From an uncultured Bacteroidota bacterium (GTDB lineage Bacteria; Bacteroidota; Bacteroidia; AKYH767-A; JABDAW01): a stretch of DNA of 64,000 nucleotides. The position numbers and the translations under genes are program-made. A model generated the notes under the pieces. The model was not told the DNA's origin and did not search any database. It saw only the letters and a list, made by a program, of their open reading frames with translations. The stretch spans positions 1,428 to 65,427 of the forward strand of contig CAIMUP010000013.1 of assembly GCA_903844645.1 (NCBI GenBank), read 5' to 3'. Position 1 is the stretch's first letter; each line of letters opens with the position of its first letter. Positions 32,104 to 42,848 of this stretch are shown here, piece by piece.

Positions 32104-34497
32104 TTATGCCTTATTCAAGGCAACGATAGCATCGTAGATGTCCTCGGTATTAGGCTTCGAGAAATAATCTCCATCAGAGCCGTAAGCAGGACGATGCGGG
32201 TGCGAAGTCATAGTTATTGGCGCAGCATCGAGGTAGCGATAACCATTCTGGAGTTCCAAAACTTGTTGCATCATATAAGCAGTGGCGCCACCAGGTACAT
32301 CTTCATCGAGAAAGAGAATCTTGTTCGTCTTTTTAAGGGAGTTCACAATGCTGCCGTGTATATCAAAAGGCAAAAGAGATTGTACATCTATCAGTTCGCA
32401 GGAGATATTGGCTTGTTGCAGTTGCTTCACGGCATCTTGTGCAATGCGACACATCGAACCATAAGTAACTATGGTAATATCACTACCCTCGCAAAGGATT
32501 TCAGGAACACCTATCGGGACTTTATAATCACCAAGATTGCTTGGAAGTTTCTCCTTCAAACGATAGCCATTTAATGGCTCGATAATAAGGCACGCATCGT
32601 CAGAAGCAAGCATGGTATTGTAGAAACCAGCAGCTTGCGTCATGTTGCGAGGCACTAAAATATAGATGCCACGCAGTGCATTAATAATCATACCCATTGG
32701 GGAGCCGGAATGCCATATCCCTTCCAGCCGATGACCTCTTGTTCTGATGATAACAGGTGCTTTCTGACCACCTTTGGTACGGTATTGCAGCGTGGCGAGA
32801 TCATCGCTAAGGATTTGTATTGCGTAAAGCAAATAATCAAGATACTGTATCTCGGCAATAGGTCTCAAACCCCGCATGGCAAGCCCTATTCCCTGCCCTG
32901 CAATAGTCGCTTCACGAATGCCGGTATCGGTAACTCGTATCTCGCCATATTTTTCTTGCATACCAGCAAATCCTTGGTTCACATCGCCTATCTTTCCGAG
33001 GTCTTCACCAAATGCAAGGACGAGCGGATTGTTCTTAAAGATAACATCGAAGTTGGCTTGCAGAATTTCACGACCATCCATCATTGGGGCATCATCGTTA
33101 TAGGTAGCCTTCACTTCTTTAATGTTTAATGCAGCATCTTTTGATTGGCTATGAAGATAGGAATTGTATCTATCGGAGTTCTGTTCTTTGGCTTTGTTAT
33201 TCCATTTTGTTAAAGCATCTTTTGCAACACTGTTTTCATTCTCTATTAATCTCAAAACCTTCTTTACAGAGGACATTACTTCTCTCCGAGATGGATCAAT
33301 GAAGGTGGTGAGTTCATTCTTTATCTTATTAATGAAAGCCGCATTGATACTGGCTTTCGCAATGTCATCAAAGAGAGAACTTATCTCTGCTATCTCTGCT
33401 TTTATGGGATTATTAAAGTCTTCCCAAGCCTTCTTTTTGCATTCTAAGACATACCTCTTTGCATCATATTCTATAGTATGTAATTCTTCTTCTGTAGCGA
33501 TGGTATTTGCGAGTATCCATTCCTTAAACTTCTTGATGCAATCGAAATCTTCTTCCCATGTAAGCCTGTCTTTTCCTTTATATCTTTCATGAGAGCCTGA
33601 TGTCGAATGCCCCTGTGGCTGTGTCATCTCTTGCACATGGAAGATGGCAGGGATATGTTGCTCCCGACAGATGGCAATACCCTTCTCATACATCTCGCAG
33701 AGTGCTGCATAGTCCCAACCTTTGCAGGTGTAGATGTAATATCCATCCTTATCATCGGTCTTTTCAAAGCCTTTGAGGACTTCTGATATACTGTCTTTCG
33801 TGGTTTGATATTTACGCGAAACAGAGATACCATAACCGTCATCCCAAATAGAAATAGCCATCGGAACTTGCAACACTCCGGCTGCATTAATGGTTTCATA
33901 AAAGATTCCTTCACTCGTGCTGGCATCTCCTATGGTGCCAAAAGCAACTTCATTTCCATCAATAGAAAAGTCGGTATAAGGTTTTAATTCAGGATTGTTT
34001 CGATAGATCTTTGAGGCATACGCAAGCCCTAATAATCGTGGCATCTGGGAGCCTGTGGGAGATATATCGGCAGAGGAATTCTTCATCGCAGTCAATTGTT
34101 TCCAGCTTCCATCAGAGTTTAATGACCTCGTTCCGAAGTGTCCATTCATGCTTCTGCCTGCTGATGCCGGCTCCAATTCTACTGAAGGATTGGCATATAA
34201 TTGTGCAAAGAATTCGGTGATGGAATACTGCTTGATGGCGAACATAAAGGTCTGGTCGCGGTAATATCCCGAACGAAAGTCGCCATCCTTGAAAGCCTTT
34301 GCCATCGCGACTTGTGCCAACTCTTTTCCATCGCCAAAGATGCCGAACTTAGCCTTGCCGGTAAGCACTTCTTTTCTTCCCAAGAGGCTTGCTTGCCGGC
34401 TTTCATTCACTAATTTATAATCCTCTAAAACGGTCTTCTTAAATTCGTCGAACGACAGATCTTTGGTCGCCTCTTTTACTTTATTTTCCTTAGCCAT
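32104..34497 (-). CDS. fused E1 alpha/beta 2-oxoacid dehydrogenase (TPP-dependent)
   Basis: 797 aa. The N-terminal half looks like a TPP-binding E1 alpha subunit. The C-terminal half has a transketolase-like E1 beta pattern (IRTRGHRLEGIWHSGSP, ...IIEPLNGY...). Confidence 0.8.
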   Translation of the reverse strand: MAKENKVKEATKDLSFDEFKKTVLEDYKLVNESRQASLLGRKEVLTGKAKFGIFGDGKELAQVAMAKAFKDGDFRSGYYRDQTFMFAIKQYSITEFFAQLYANPSVELEPASAGRSMNGHFGTRSLNSDGSWKQLTAMKNSSADISPTGSQMPRLLGLAYASKIYRNNPELKPYTDFSIDGNEVAFGTIGDASTSEGIFYETINAAGVLQVPMAISIWDDGYGISVSRKYQTTKDSISEVLKGFEKTDDKDGYYIYTCKGWDYAALCEMYEKGIAICREQHIPAIFHVQEMTQPQGHSTSGSHERYKGKDRLTWEEDFDCIKKFKEWILANTIATEEELHTIEYDAKRYVLECKKKAWEDFNNPIKAEIAEISSLFDDIAKASINAAFINKIKNELTTFIDPSRREVMSSVKKVLRLIENENSVAKDALTKWNNKAKEQNSDRYNSYLHSQSKDAALNIKEVKATYNDDAPMMDGREILQANFDVIFKNNPLVLAFGEDLGKIGDVNQGFAGMQEKYGEIRVTDTGIREATIAGQGIGLAMRGLRPIAEIQYLDYLLYAIQILSDDLATLQYRTKGGQKAPVIIRTRGHRLEGIWHSGSPMGMIINALRGIYILVPRNMTQAAGFYNTMLASDDACLIIEPLNGYRLKEKLPSNLGDYKVPIGVPEILCEGSDITIVTYGSMCRIAQDAVKQLQQANISCELIDVQSLLPFDIHGSIVNSLKKTNKILFLDEDVPGGATAYMMQQVLELQNGYRYLDAAPITMTSHPHRPAYGSDGDYFSKPNTEDIYDAIVALNKA

Positions 34498-34659
34498 TGC
34501 CTTTTAATTATGAAATGCAAAAATAGAAAAATTATGTTTCATTAAACAAATGCTACCAAGAATTGTATTCCTTTTATTGTTGCTCCCCAAAGGTCGCAAT
34601 CATAAAAGGAACGTAATGAAACATTTATTTTCCGCCAATTAGGATTCCCTCAAAGCGCA

Positions 34660-34862
34660 TTAATACCCCTATTTTTCCCAATGTACACGTGTACAATTCG
34701 TCCTGCAACTGTGTCGGAGGCAATGTTCGGTGTACTTTGCCCCAACACAGTTGTGTTTGCCAATTCTACATGTGTACTATTGGCAAACACAGTTACTTTT
34801 GCAGAAGTACACGTGTAGAATTGGCAAACACAACTGTGTTTGCCAAATGTACACGTGTACAT
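34660..34862. promoter_or_regulatory. cluster of long palindromes in a divergent promoter region
   Basis: TGTACACGTGTACA is a perfect 14-bp palindrome at 34672 and again at 34838. TTGGCAAACACAACTGTGTTTGCCAA is a perfect 26-bp palindrome at 34822-34847. AATTCTACATGTGTACT and AGTACACGTGTAGAATT form inverted repeats at 34753 and 34806. Confidence 0.6.
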
Positions 34863-35028
34863 TCAAAATCGCCTTATAAAATCACCCTTTTCTGTTTAAT
34901 CAAATGAAACAAAGGATGCCAATCGGGTAGAATCACTCCTTATATATAGGTGTATTATTCGTTTTCTCTTTTCGGGGAATGCCGCCTTTCATCCTTTTAT
35001 CCCTATTTTTAGTATTTTCGCCCCTCGT

Positions 35029-35292
35029 ATGGCAAGATTTATCCTTATATTATTGATTATTTACGTCCTCTTCCGATTGTTTCGGCGGAGTATCTTTGTA
35101 TATACCGTCAATTCGTTTCAGAATAAGATGGAAGAACAAATGCGGAAACAACAACAACAACAAAAGAAAGAATATCAACAACAACAACGCCAAACAAATG
35201 GTAAAACCAAAGTCGAATTCATCCCTCCCGAGAAAAATAAACGCCCCCACGATACCGATGGTGAATATGTGGATTACGAAGAAATAAAATAA
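35029..35292 (+). CDS. small membrane-anchored protein, DUF4834-like
   Basis: N-terminal TM segment, Gln-rich linker and acidic C-terminal GEYVDYEEIK. Confidence 0.4.
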   Translation: MARFILILLIIYVLFRLFRRSIFVYTVNSFQNKMEEQMRKQQQQQKKEYQQQQRQTNGKTKVEFIPPEKNKRPHDTDGEYVDYEEIK

Positions 35293-35323
35293 CCGACTTC
35301 CCTTTTATAAAACAAGATATAGT

Positions 35324-37846
35324 ATGAATAAAAACCTCAAAAACCAACTGATAAAACACGCATTAGTAGTTATGGGATTCATCGCCATAACGATGATTTA
35401 CTTCTCCCCATTGATGGAGAACAAAGAACTGAAACAAGGCGATATAGACCACTGGTATGGCGGCGCAAAAGAGATTCTCGATTTCCGCAAAACACACAAT
35501 GCAGAAGCCCTCTGGACGAACTCCATGTTCGGCGGAATGCCAGCCTATCAAATCTCGGTGCTGTATCCCTCAAACCTGATACAGTATGTGAATAAAGCAC
35601 TGACTTTCGGCATCCCGAACCCCGCAAATTATATGTTTTTATACTTCCTCGGCTTCTATCTTTTGCTCTTGGTCATGAAGATAGATTGGCGGCTTGCGGC
35701 ATTAGGAGCTATTGCGTTTGGGCTGTCGTCTTATCTAATAATCATCATCGAAGCAGGGCATAATACCAAGGCAGAGGCAGTAGGATATATGGCTCCCGTA
35801 CTGGCAGGCATCATCCTGACCTATCGCGGAAGATTCCTGATAGGCGGGGCATTAACAGCATTGGCGATGGCGTTGGAAATTAATTCAAACCATCCGCAAG
35901 TAACGTATTATTTGTTCATGATTATCGGATTGATGCTCGCCGTACAACTTTATACCACCTGGAAAGAGAAGGCATGGAAAACTTTTATCACTGCATCAGG
36001 AATTGTAGGCGTGGTAACGGTATTGGCAGTGCTGACCAGCATCACAAGCCTCTGGGCAACGGCAGATTATGGCAAATATTCCACCCGTGGACAGAGCGAG
36101 TTGGCAGCTAAGAAATCATCTACTGGATTGGATAGGGATTATGTCTTCGGATGGAGCTACGGTAATGCCGAAGCATGGACGTTGTTGGTATCTAATTTCA
36201 AGGGTGGAAGCAGTTCCTGGCCCCTCGGTAAAGATGAAAGTACGTTAGAGAAAGTAAGTCCTAATTACCGTCAAAACATTGCGCAATTCCCTTCTTACTG
36301 GGGCGATCAGCAGTTCACCTCCGGTCCGGTGTATGTCGGGGCGATCATTTGTTTTCTGTTCTTCTTAGGATTATTAATAGTGGATGGGAATGACAGGTGG
36401 TGGTTGCTCGGAGCGACTATCCTTTCTATCGTATTGGCATGGGGAAAGAATTTTCCGGCATTTAATTATTGGATGTTCGATCACTTTCCGGCATACAACA
36501 AGTTCCGTTCGGTAACCATAGCATTAATCATTGCCGAGTTTGCGATGCCGATATTGGCTATCCTCGCATTAAATAAAATACTTAATACCCCGAAATTATT
36601 AGAGACAAAACGTAAGCAATTATTCATCGGGATGGGCGTGGCATTGGGGATAACCATTCTCATCGCCGTATCGCCAACCATGTTTGGGGATGTATATAAA
36701 GCCAACGAATACGAACAACTGAAAGGCGAGATTAAAAAACAAGGAGCGAACGATACCCAAGCCGTCGAGTTCTTGGATAATATCGAGATTGCGCGTAAGG
36801 CGGTGCTGTCTGCCGATGCGTGGAGGAGTTTTATATTTATTGCCCTGGCATGCGGGATGATATATGCCTTTACCCGATTCAAATTCAAGAAAGAATACCT
36901 GATAGTGGGCGTAGGATTATTGATAGTTGTAGATTTATGGGCGGTAGATAAACGGTATTTGAATGATAAGGATTTCGTGGAGGTGAAACATGCCGGAGTG
37001 CCGTACGAACCGCATAAGGTGGATCAGGAAATCCTGAAAGATCCTTCGCCGAATTATAGGGTGATGAACTTGCAAGACCCCTTCAACGATGCCCGAACGA
37101 GCTACTTCCATAAATCTATCGGGGGGTATCACGGAGCTAAATTGAAGCGCATCAAAGAACTCATTGATTACCGCCTCGACCCGGAAGTACAGATGATAAT
37201 AGCCTCCTTCAAATCGAAAGATCCGGCAACGATTGACAGAGCTATCGCGAGTGCCACGTGCATCAATATGCTGAATGGAAAATATATTATCTATAGCCAG
37301 GATGCCCCGCCGTTGCCGAATCAACATGCGTTGGGGAATTGCTGGTTTGTGAAGAACTTCAAGATGGTTGCCAATGCCGATTCAGAGATTAATGCTATGG
37401 GGACTTTCGACCCTGCTACATCTGCCGTGGTTGATCATCGGTTCATGCCTTTGGTGGAGGCAATTCATCCTATGTTTGATTCCACGGCGACCATTAAATT
37501 AACCAGCTATCAACCCAATGATTTGAATTATGAATCTAAAGCATCCACAGAGCAACTCGCCGTCTTCTCCGAGATATACTTCGATGGGGGCTGGAATGCT
37601 TATATTGACGGGAAGCTGACCCCTTACTTCCGCACCGATTATTTATTGCGGGGCATGAGTGTTCCGGCAGGGTCGCATAAGATAGAATTCAAGTTTGAGC
37701 CGACACTTTATTCCACTGGGGAACATATTTCCTTGGTCAGTTCCTTGCTATTATTAATCCTGGTGGGCGGGGTTTCCTTCAAATTCATCAAAGAAAAATT
37801 GGCAGAACCAGAGCCGCAATCACAGCCCAAGGCGATGAAGAAATAG
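35324..37846 (+). CDS. YfhO-family membrane protein
   Basis: 840 aa. The N-terminal region (FSPLMENKELKQGDIDHWYGGAKEILDFRKTH) and the multi-TM topology match the YfhO family. Confidence 0.75.
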   Translation: MNKNLKNQLIKHALVVMGFIAITMIYFSPLMENKELKQGDIDHWYGGAKEILDFRKTHNAEALWTNSMFGGMPAYQISVLYPSNLIQYVNKALTFGIPNPANYMFLYFLGFYLLLLVMKIDWRLAALGAIAFGLSSYLIIIIEAGHNTKAEAVGYMAPVLAGIILTYRGRFLIGGALTALAMALEINSNHPQVTYYLFMIIGLMLAVQLYTTWKEKAWKTFITASGIVGVVTVLAVLTSITSLWATADYGKYSTRGQSELAAKKSSTGLDRDYVFGWSYGNAEAWTLLVSNFKGGSSSWPLGKDESTLEKVSPNYRQNIAQFPSYWGDQQFTSGPVYVGAIICFLFFLGLLIVDGNDRWWLLGATILSIVLAWGKNFPAFNYWMFDHFPAYNKFRSVTIALIIAEFAMPILAILALNKILNTPKLLETKRKQLFIGMGVALGITILIAVSPTMFGDVYKANEYEQLKGEIKKQGANDTQAVEFLDNIEIARKAVLSADAWRSFIFIALACGMIYAFTRFKFKKEYLIVGVGLLIVVDLWAVDKRYLNDKDFVEVKHAGVPYEPHKVDQEILKDPSPNYRVMNLQDPFNDARTSYFHKSIGGYHGAKLKRIKELIDYRLDPEVQMIIASFKSKDPATIDRAIASATCINMLNGKYIIYSQDAPPLPNQHALGNCWFVKNFKMVANADSEINAMGTFDPATSAVVDHRFMPLVEAIHPMFDSTATIKLTSYQPNDLNYESKASTEQLAVFSEIYFDGGWNAYIDGKLTPYFRTDYLLRGMSVPAGSHKIEFKFEPTLYSTGEHISLVSSLLLLILVGGVSFKFIKEKLAEPEPQSQPKAMKK

Positions 37847-37867
37847 GTTGAATATTTCATTCCAAAA

Positions 37868-37909
37868 GAAAGCCCTCCCGACATAAAATTGGGAGGGCTT
37901 CTTTTTTTA
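37868..37909 (+). terminator. strong rho-independent terminator after yfhO-like gene
   Basis: AAGCCCTCCC-gacataaaatt-GGGAGGGCTT perfect 10-bp stem followed by TTTTTTT. Confidence 0.85.
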
Positions 37910-37950
37910 GCTAAAAGGACGATTTGGGAAGCCCGAAAAATTTTTCCGCT

Positions 37951-38200
37951 ATGAATATCTTTTGCTTCGGGATGAATATCCTTTGCTTCGGGATGAATAT
38001 CCTTTGCTTCGGGATGAATATCCTTTGCTTCGGGGTGAATATCTTTTGCTTCGGGGTGAATATCTTTTGCTTCGGGATGAATATCCTTTGCTTCGGGATG
38101 AATATCCTTTGCTTCGGGATGAATATCTTTTGCTTCGGGATGAATATCTTTTGCATCGGGATGAATATCTTTTCATCCGGCTTCAATACATTTTCATCCC
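37951..38200. repeat. 21-bp tandem repeat array E, about 12 copies, unit GCTTCGGGATGAATATCCTTT
   Basis: Read directly. Variants are GGGGTGAATATCTTTT. Confidence 0.95.
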
Positions 38201-38358
38201 GGGTTAATGTCTTACATGAACTTTTCCCCGTTATAAAACCCGATTTGGAGGGGTAAAAAGGGAGGTTTTTGGAAATTCTCCACCCTCCATTTCCCACTTT
38301 TAAGTCTCCATTCCCCATTTTCCATTCCCCATTCTTTTTCCATTGTCAGGAAATTTTA

Positions 38359-38366
38359 TAGTTTTG
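38359..38366 (+). promoter_or_regulatory. -7 element TAGTTTTG upstream of the PPIase operon
   Basis: Matches TAnnTTTG, 33 bp upstream of the ATG at 38399. Confidence 0.45.
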
Positions 38367-38398
38367 CCCGCCTAACACTAAAATTATATCATAAAATA

Positions 38399-40354
38399 AT
38401 GAAAAAAATAGCAGTAAATTTTTTAATCTTAACCATCGCGATAGTAGCTACCATCGCCCTCAAAGCCCAAGGCAATGACCCGTTATTAATTACCATCGGG
38501 AATGAAAAAATCACCAAGTCGGAGTTTGAAAAGGTCTTCCGCAAAAACAACAGCAAAGGCAACCCGTCAGATCAAAAAGCCGCTGCCGATTACCTTGAAC
38601 TGTTCGTCAATTATAAATTGAAGGTCAAGGAAGCCTGCGAAATCGGGATGGATACCGCCAGCACCTTCGTAGCCGAATTGCAGGGATATAAAAAACAATT
38701 GTCCACCCCCTACCTCGTGGATAAAGAAGTTACCGACAAGCTCATGCACGAGGTTTATGACCGCATGAAAAAAGATGTTCATGCCGCCCATATCCTTTTC
38801 AAATGCCCCTCCGATGCGTTGCCCAAAGATACCCTTGAGGCTTATAACAAGGCGATGACGGTACGTATCCATTTAATAAAAGGAGAAGATTTTGCAAAGG
38901 CAGCACGCGAGAACTCTGACGATCCTTCTGCCAAAGAAAATGGCGGAGATTTAGGATATTTCTCTGCCATGCAAATGGTTTATCCGTTTGAATCAGCCGC
39001 CTTCAATGCCAAGGTAGGCGAGGTTTCGATGCCTACCCGCACTAAATTTGGTTATCATTTAATAAAAAAATTAGACGAACGGAAAGACCCGGGAGAAGTA
39101 ACCACGGCACACATCATGGTCAAGATAGCCAAAGATGCGAAGCCTGAAGATTCGACCAAAGCAGCGCAGAAGGTTGCGGAATTAGTTCAGAAATTAAAAG
39201 ATGGCGGCAACTTCGAGGAACTCGCCAAACAATATTCTGATGATGGCGGATCGAGCAAAAATGGCGGCGTTTTGCCAGCCTTCAAAACAGGTCGCATGGT
39301 TCCGGAGTTCGAGGCAGCAGCATTTAATTTGAAGAACAAAGGCGACATATCGGATCCCGTTCGGACTTCTTATGGCTGGCATATAATAAAATTAATCAGC
39401 CGTAAAGACATCGGCAGCTACGACGAAATGCAAACCGAATTGAAAGCCAGTATTGGCAAAGATTCGCGGTCAGAGGTCAGCAAGTCGTCCATGATTGCGA
39501 AGATTAAAAAAGAATATAATTTTAAACAAGACACCAAGACCCGCGATGAGTTTTTTGCTGTTTCCGATTCATCATTGATTAATGGCAAGTGGACTTCTGA
39601 TAAAGCCGAAAAACTGACAAAAACCATGTTCACCTTAGGCGATAAACAATTTACCCAAAAGGATTTCGCGACCTACATCGTTGCCCACCAAACGGCACGG
39701 AAGAATACCACGCCCCAAGCTATCGTGAACGGCATGTATGAATCTTATGTCAGCGAATCCGCGATGACTTACGAGGAGAATCGGTTAGATGTCAAATACC
39801 CTGAATTTAAAGACCTGATGCAAGAGTACAAGGACGGCATCCTCCTTTTTGATTTGACCGATAAAAAAGTATGGTCCAAGGCTGTCAAGGATACTGTCGG
39901 CATGAAAGAATATTATGAAAAGAACAAAATAAAATACCAGTGGGGCGAACGCGTACAGGCTACCATCTACAATTGTTCTTCCGAAGAAATGACCGGAAAA
40001 GTACGGGAGTTAATCAAGAAGAAAACATTGAGCAACGACTCTATCTTGGCTATCATAAACACCACCTCCCAGTTGAATCTTTCTATCAAGGAAGGGAAAT
40101 ATTCCAAGGGCGATAATCAGTTTGTTGATTCCATCAAATGGCAGAAAGGATTGTCGCCGAATGTTGTTTCCGGCAAGTCCTTTGTCTTTGTGGATGTGAA
40201 AGAAAAGCTCGCCGCCACCGGTAAAACATTGGAGGAAGCAAAAGGACTTGTTACCGCCGATTATCAGGCAGCTTTGGAGAAAGAATGGATCGCTACATTG
40301 CGAGCCAAATTTCCATTTACGGTCGATCGGAACGTGTTGGCAACGATTAAATAG
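38399..40354 (+). CDS. peptidyl-prolyl cis-trans isomerase, parvulin/PpiC-type (PpiD/SurA-like, 651 aa)
   Basis: Signal peptide present. Two parvulin-like segments (AHILFKCP..., FGYHLIKK..., GWHIIKLI). Confidence 0.75.
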   Translation: MKKIAVNFLILTIAIVATIALKAQGNDPLLITIGNEKITKSEFEKVFRKNNSKGNPSDQKAAADYLELFVNYKLKVKEACEIGMDTASTFVAELQGYKKQLSTPYLVDKEVTDKLMHEVYDRMKKDVHAAHILFKCPSDALPKDTLEAYNKAMTVRIHLIKGEDFAKAARENSDDPSAKENGGDLGYFSAMQMVYPFESAAFNAKVGEVSMPTRTKFGYHLIKKLDERKDPGEVTTAHIMVKIAKDAKPEDSTKAAQKVAELVQKLKDGGNFEELAKQYSDDGGSSKNGGVLPAFKTGRMVPEFEAAAFNLKNKGDISDPVRTSYGWHIIKLISRKDIGSYDEMQTELKASIGKDSRSEVSKSSMIAKIKKEYNFKQDTKTRDEFFAVSDSSLINGKWTSDKAEKLTKTMFTLGDKQFTQKDFATYIVAHQTARKNTTPQAIVNGMYESYVSESAMTYEENRLDVKYPEFKDLMQEYKDGILLFDLTDKKVWSKAVKDTVGMKEYYEKNKIKYQWGERVQATIYNCSSEEMTGKVRELIKKKTLSNDSILAIINTTSQLNLSIKEGKYSKGDNQFVDSIKWQKGLSPNVVSGKSFVFVDVKEKLAATGKTLEEAKGLVTADYQAALEKEWIATLRAKFPFTVDRNVLATIK

Positions 40355-40405
40355 CAATAAATCGCTGGGCTTGTCGTTAGCTTTTCTTAATCCAATAGAA
40401 CTACA

Positions 40406-41251
40406 TTGTTCAGAATCATTTTTTGCTGCTTAATCATTTCTCTGATGACCTCCTGTTCCTATTTCAAACATAACGACGGCAATGCCGCTGTGGCAAAGGC
40501 TTTCGATGCTACTTTGAATCGGGCTGATGTCGCGGGATTGGTGCCGAAGGGCAGCTCCAAACAGGATAGTGTGATGATAGTGAAGAGCTATATTGACTCT
40601 TGGATTCGGAAGGAATTGGTATTAAGAAAAGCCGAGAAAAACCTCTCCGATGAGGCGAAGGATGTAGAGAAACAATTGGCAGATTATAAGAATTCTTTGA
40701 TAATTTATGCTTATGAAAAGGAACTGGTTCGCCAGCAATTAGATACCACGGTGAAGGATGCGGAGATCGAAAAATATTACAACGAGCACCAGGGAAATTT
40801 TGAATTAAAGGATAATATTATCAAGGTTTTGTACCTTAAATTACCGAAGACTGCGCCGAGACTTTATACCGTGAGGCAATGGTATAAATCCTCCAAGGCG
40901 AATGACCGGAAGTCGCTTGAGGACTATGCGCATCAGTATGCCGTGAATTATTATTTCGATGATAATTCGTGGTTGCAATTCGATGATTTATTAAAAGAAA
41001 TTCCGATTAAAACCTACGATAAAGAGCAGTTCTTGAAGAACAACCGGTATGTCGAAATCGAGGATTCGATGAATCTGTATTTCGTCAATATCAACGGCTT
41101 CAAAACTAAGGAAAGTACCTCGCCGCTCTCGTTTGAAAAGGATAATATCAAGAGCATTATTATCAATAAAAGGAAGCTGAAATTGATTGAGGATATGGAG
41201 AAAAAGGTGTACGACGAGGCGGTGAAGGGCAGCGATTTCAAGATTTATTAA
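40406..41251 (+). CDS. lipoprotein in the PPIase operon (SurA-N-like chaperone domain?)
   Basis: Lipobox SLMTSC. About 280 aa. Confidence 0.5.
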   Translation: MFRIIFCCLIISLMTSCSYFKHNDGNAAVAKAFDATLNRADVAGLVPKGSSKQDSVMIVKSYIDSWIRKELVLRKAEKNLSDEAKDVEKQLADYKNSLIIYAYEKELVRQQLDTTVKDAEIEKYYNEHQGNFELKDNIIKVLYLKLPKTAPRLYTVRQWYKSSKANDRKSLEDYAHQYAVNYYFDDNSWLQFDDLLKEIPIKTYDKEQFLKNNRYVEIEDSMNLYFVNINGFKTKESTSPLSFEKDNIKSIIINKRKLKLIEDMEKKVYDEAVKGSDFKIY

Positions 41252-41281
41252 TAAAATGGACAAAAAGATGCTTTTTCTATT

Positions 41282-41444
41282 AAATACGACTACAATGATG
41301 CCGTCATCTCCTACAATGATAGCGTCATCTACTACAATTATGCCGTCATCTACTACAATTATGCCGTCATCTACTACAATGATGGCGTCATCTACTACAA
41401 TTATGCCGTCATCTACTACAATGATGGCAACTTCGACTACACAT
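41282..41444. repeat. 21-bp tandem repeat array F, about 7.5 copies, unit ATGCCGTCATCTACTACAATT
   Basis: Read directly. It lies between two co-directional operon genes, with 16 bp before the surA-like start. Confidence 0.95.
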
Positions 41445-41459
41445 TTATTACATTAATTC

Positions 41460-42830
41460 ATGAAAATAATCAAAAATATAACGGGAATTTTTTTCTGCAT
41501 CGCGCTGCTGAATTCCATTGATACCGTGGCGCAGGTGAAAATTCTGGATCAAGTAGCAGGGGTGGTCGGGGATAAGGTGATTCTGCAATCCGACATCGAA
41601 TCGCAATATCAGCAATATATGCTCCAAGGCGGGGTGGATAATCCAGCCATTCGCTGCGAAATTATGTATCAGATGTTGATTAATAAACTGCTCCTGAATC
41701 AAGCAATATTAGATAGCGTAGAAGTTTCGGGCACGGCTGTAGAGGAGGAATTGGATAAACGGATGCGGTATTATATCTCCCAAATCGGCTCGCAAAAGTT
41801 GCTGGAGGAACGTATGGGAAAATCGGTATTGGAGCTGAAAGCCGACTTCAGAACGCTGATTAAAGACCAGATGCTGACGCAACAAATGCAACAAAAAATT
41901 ACGAAAGATGTGAATGCCTCGCCATCGGATGTGAAAAGTTATTACGAACACATCCCGAAGGATAGTTTGCCGAGGGTAGAATCGGAATTTGAGATACAAC
42001 AAATCGTTCGGCATATAGAAGTTACCGATGAGCAAAAAAAGGAAGTGAAGGATAAATTGGAAGGTTATAAACAAGAGATTTTGAAGGGTACTCGGGACTT
42101 TGTCGCCACTGCCGTTTTATACTCTCAAGACCCCGGTACTACTAAAAAAGGCGGTGAATTAGGCTTCTTCGGGAGGGGCGATATGCAACCTGCTTTTGAG
42201 GCTGCCGCATTCCGCCTTCGTCCGGGTGAAATATCGGATATTATTGAAACGCCGTTCGGGTATCACATCCTGCAATTGATTGAAAGAAGGGGCGAACAGA
42301 TTAATGTCAGGCATATCTTATTACATCCAAAAGTAAGCGATGATAATATTGACAAAGCGAGTAAATTTTTGGATAGTTTGAAGACGGAAATTAATAATAA
42401 AACCATCACCTTTGCCGATGCGGCGATGAAATTCTCTGATGATGCAGATACCAAGAACAATGCCGGACTGATGCAAAATGTGCAGGATGGAACAACCAAA
42501 TTTGAGGCTACCACGATGGATAAAACCCTGTTCTTCCAGATAGATAAATTGAGCATCGGGGAGCTATCGAAGCCTGTATCTTATTCTGACAGAGAGGGCA
42601 AGGCTTCGTTGCGGGTATTGATGGTGAAATCGAAAACAGCTCCGCATACCGCGAACTTGAAAGACGATTATCAGAAGATTCGCGGGGCGGCTTTGCAGGA
42701 GAAACAGAACCTCGCCTTGCTGGATTGGGTGAAGAAGAAGCGTGCTAATACGTTTGTGAATATCACGAAAGATTATCGCAAGTGCGATGCCATAAAGGAC
42801 TGGTTGAAGAATACCGCAACAACGAATTAA
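41460..42830 (+). CDS. surA: chaperone SurA-like peptidyl-prolyl isomerase
   Basis: Signal peptide present. SurA N-terminal domain followed by a parvulin domain (FGYHILQLIERRGEQINVRHILL). Confidence 0.7.
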   Translation: MKIIKNITGIFFCIALLNSIDTVAQVKILDQVAGVVGDKVILQSDIESQYQQYMLQGGVDNPAIRCEIMYQMLINKLLLNQAILDSVEVSGTAVEEELDKRMRYYISQIGSQKLLEERMGKSVLELKADFRTLIKDQMLTQQMQQKITKDVNASPSDVKSYYEHIPKDSLPRVESEFEIQQIVRHIEVTDEQKKEVKDKLEGYKQEILKGTRDFVATAVLYSQDPGTTKKGGELGFFGRGDMQPAFEAAAFRLRPGEISDIIETPFGYHILQLIERRGEQINVRHILLHPKVSDDNIDKASKFLDSLKTEINNKTITFADAAMKFSDDADTKNNAGLMQNVQDGTTKFEATTMDKTLFFQIDKLSIGELSKPVSYSDREGKASLRVLMVKSKTAPHTANLKDDYQKIRGAALQEKQNLALLDWVKKKRANTFVNITKDYRKCDAIKDWLKNTATTN

Positions 42831-42848
42831 ATAAGAAAAATTAAGACT

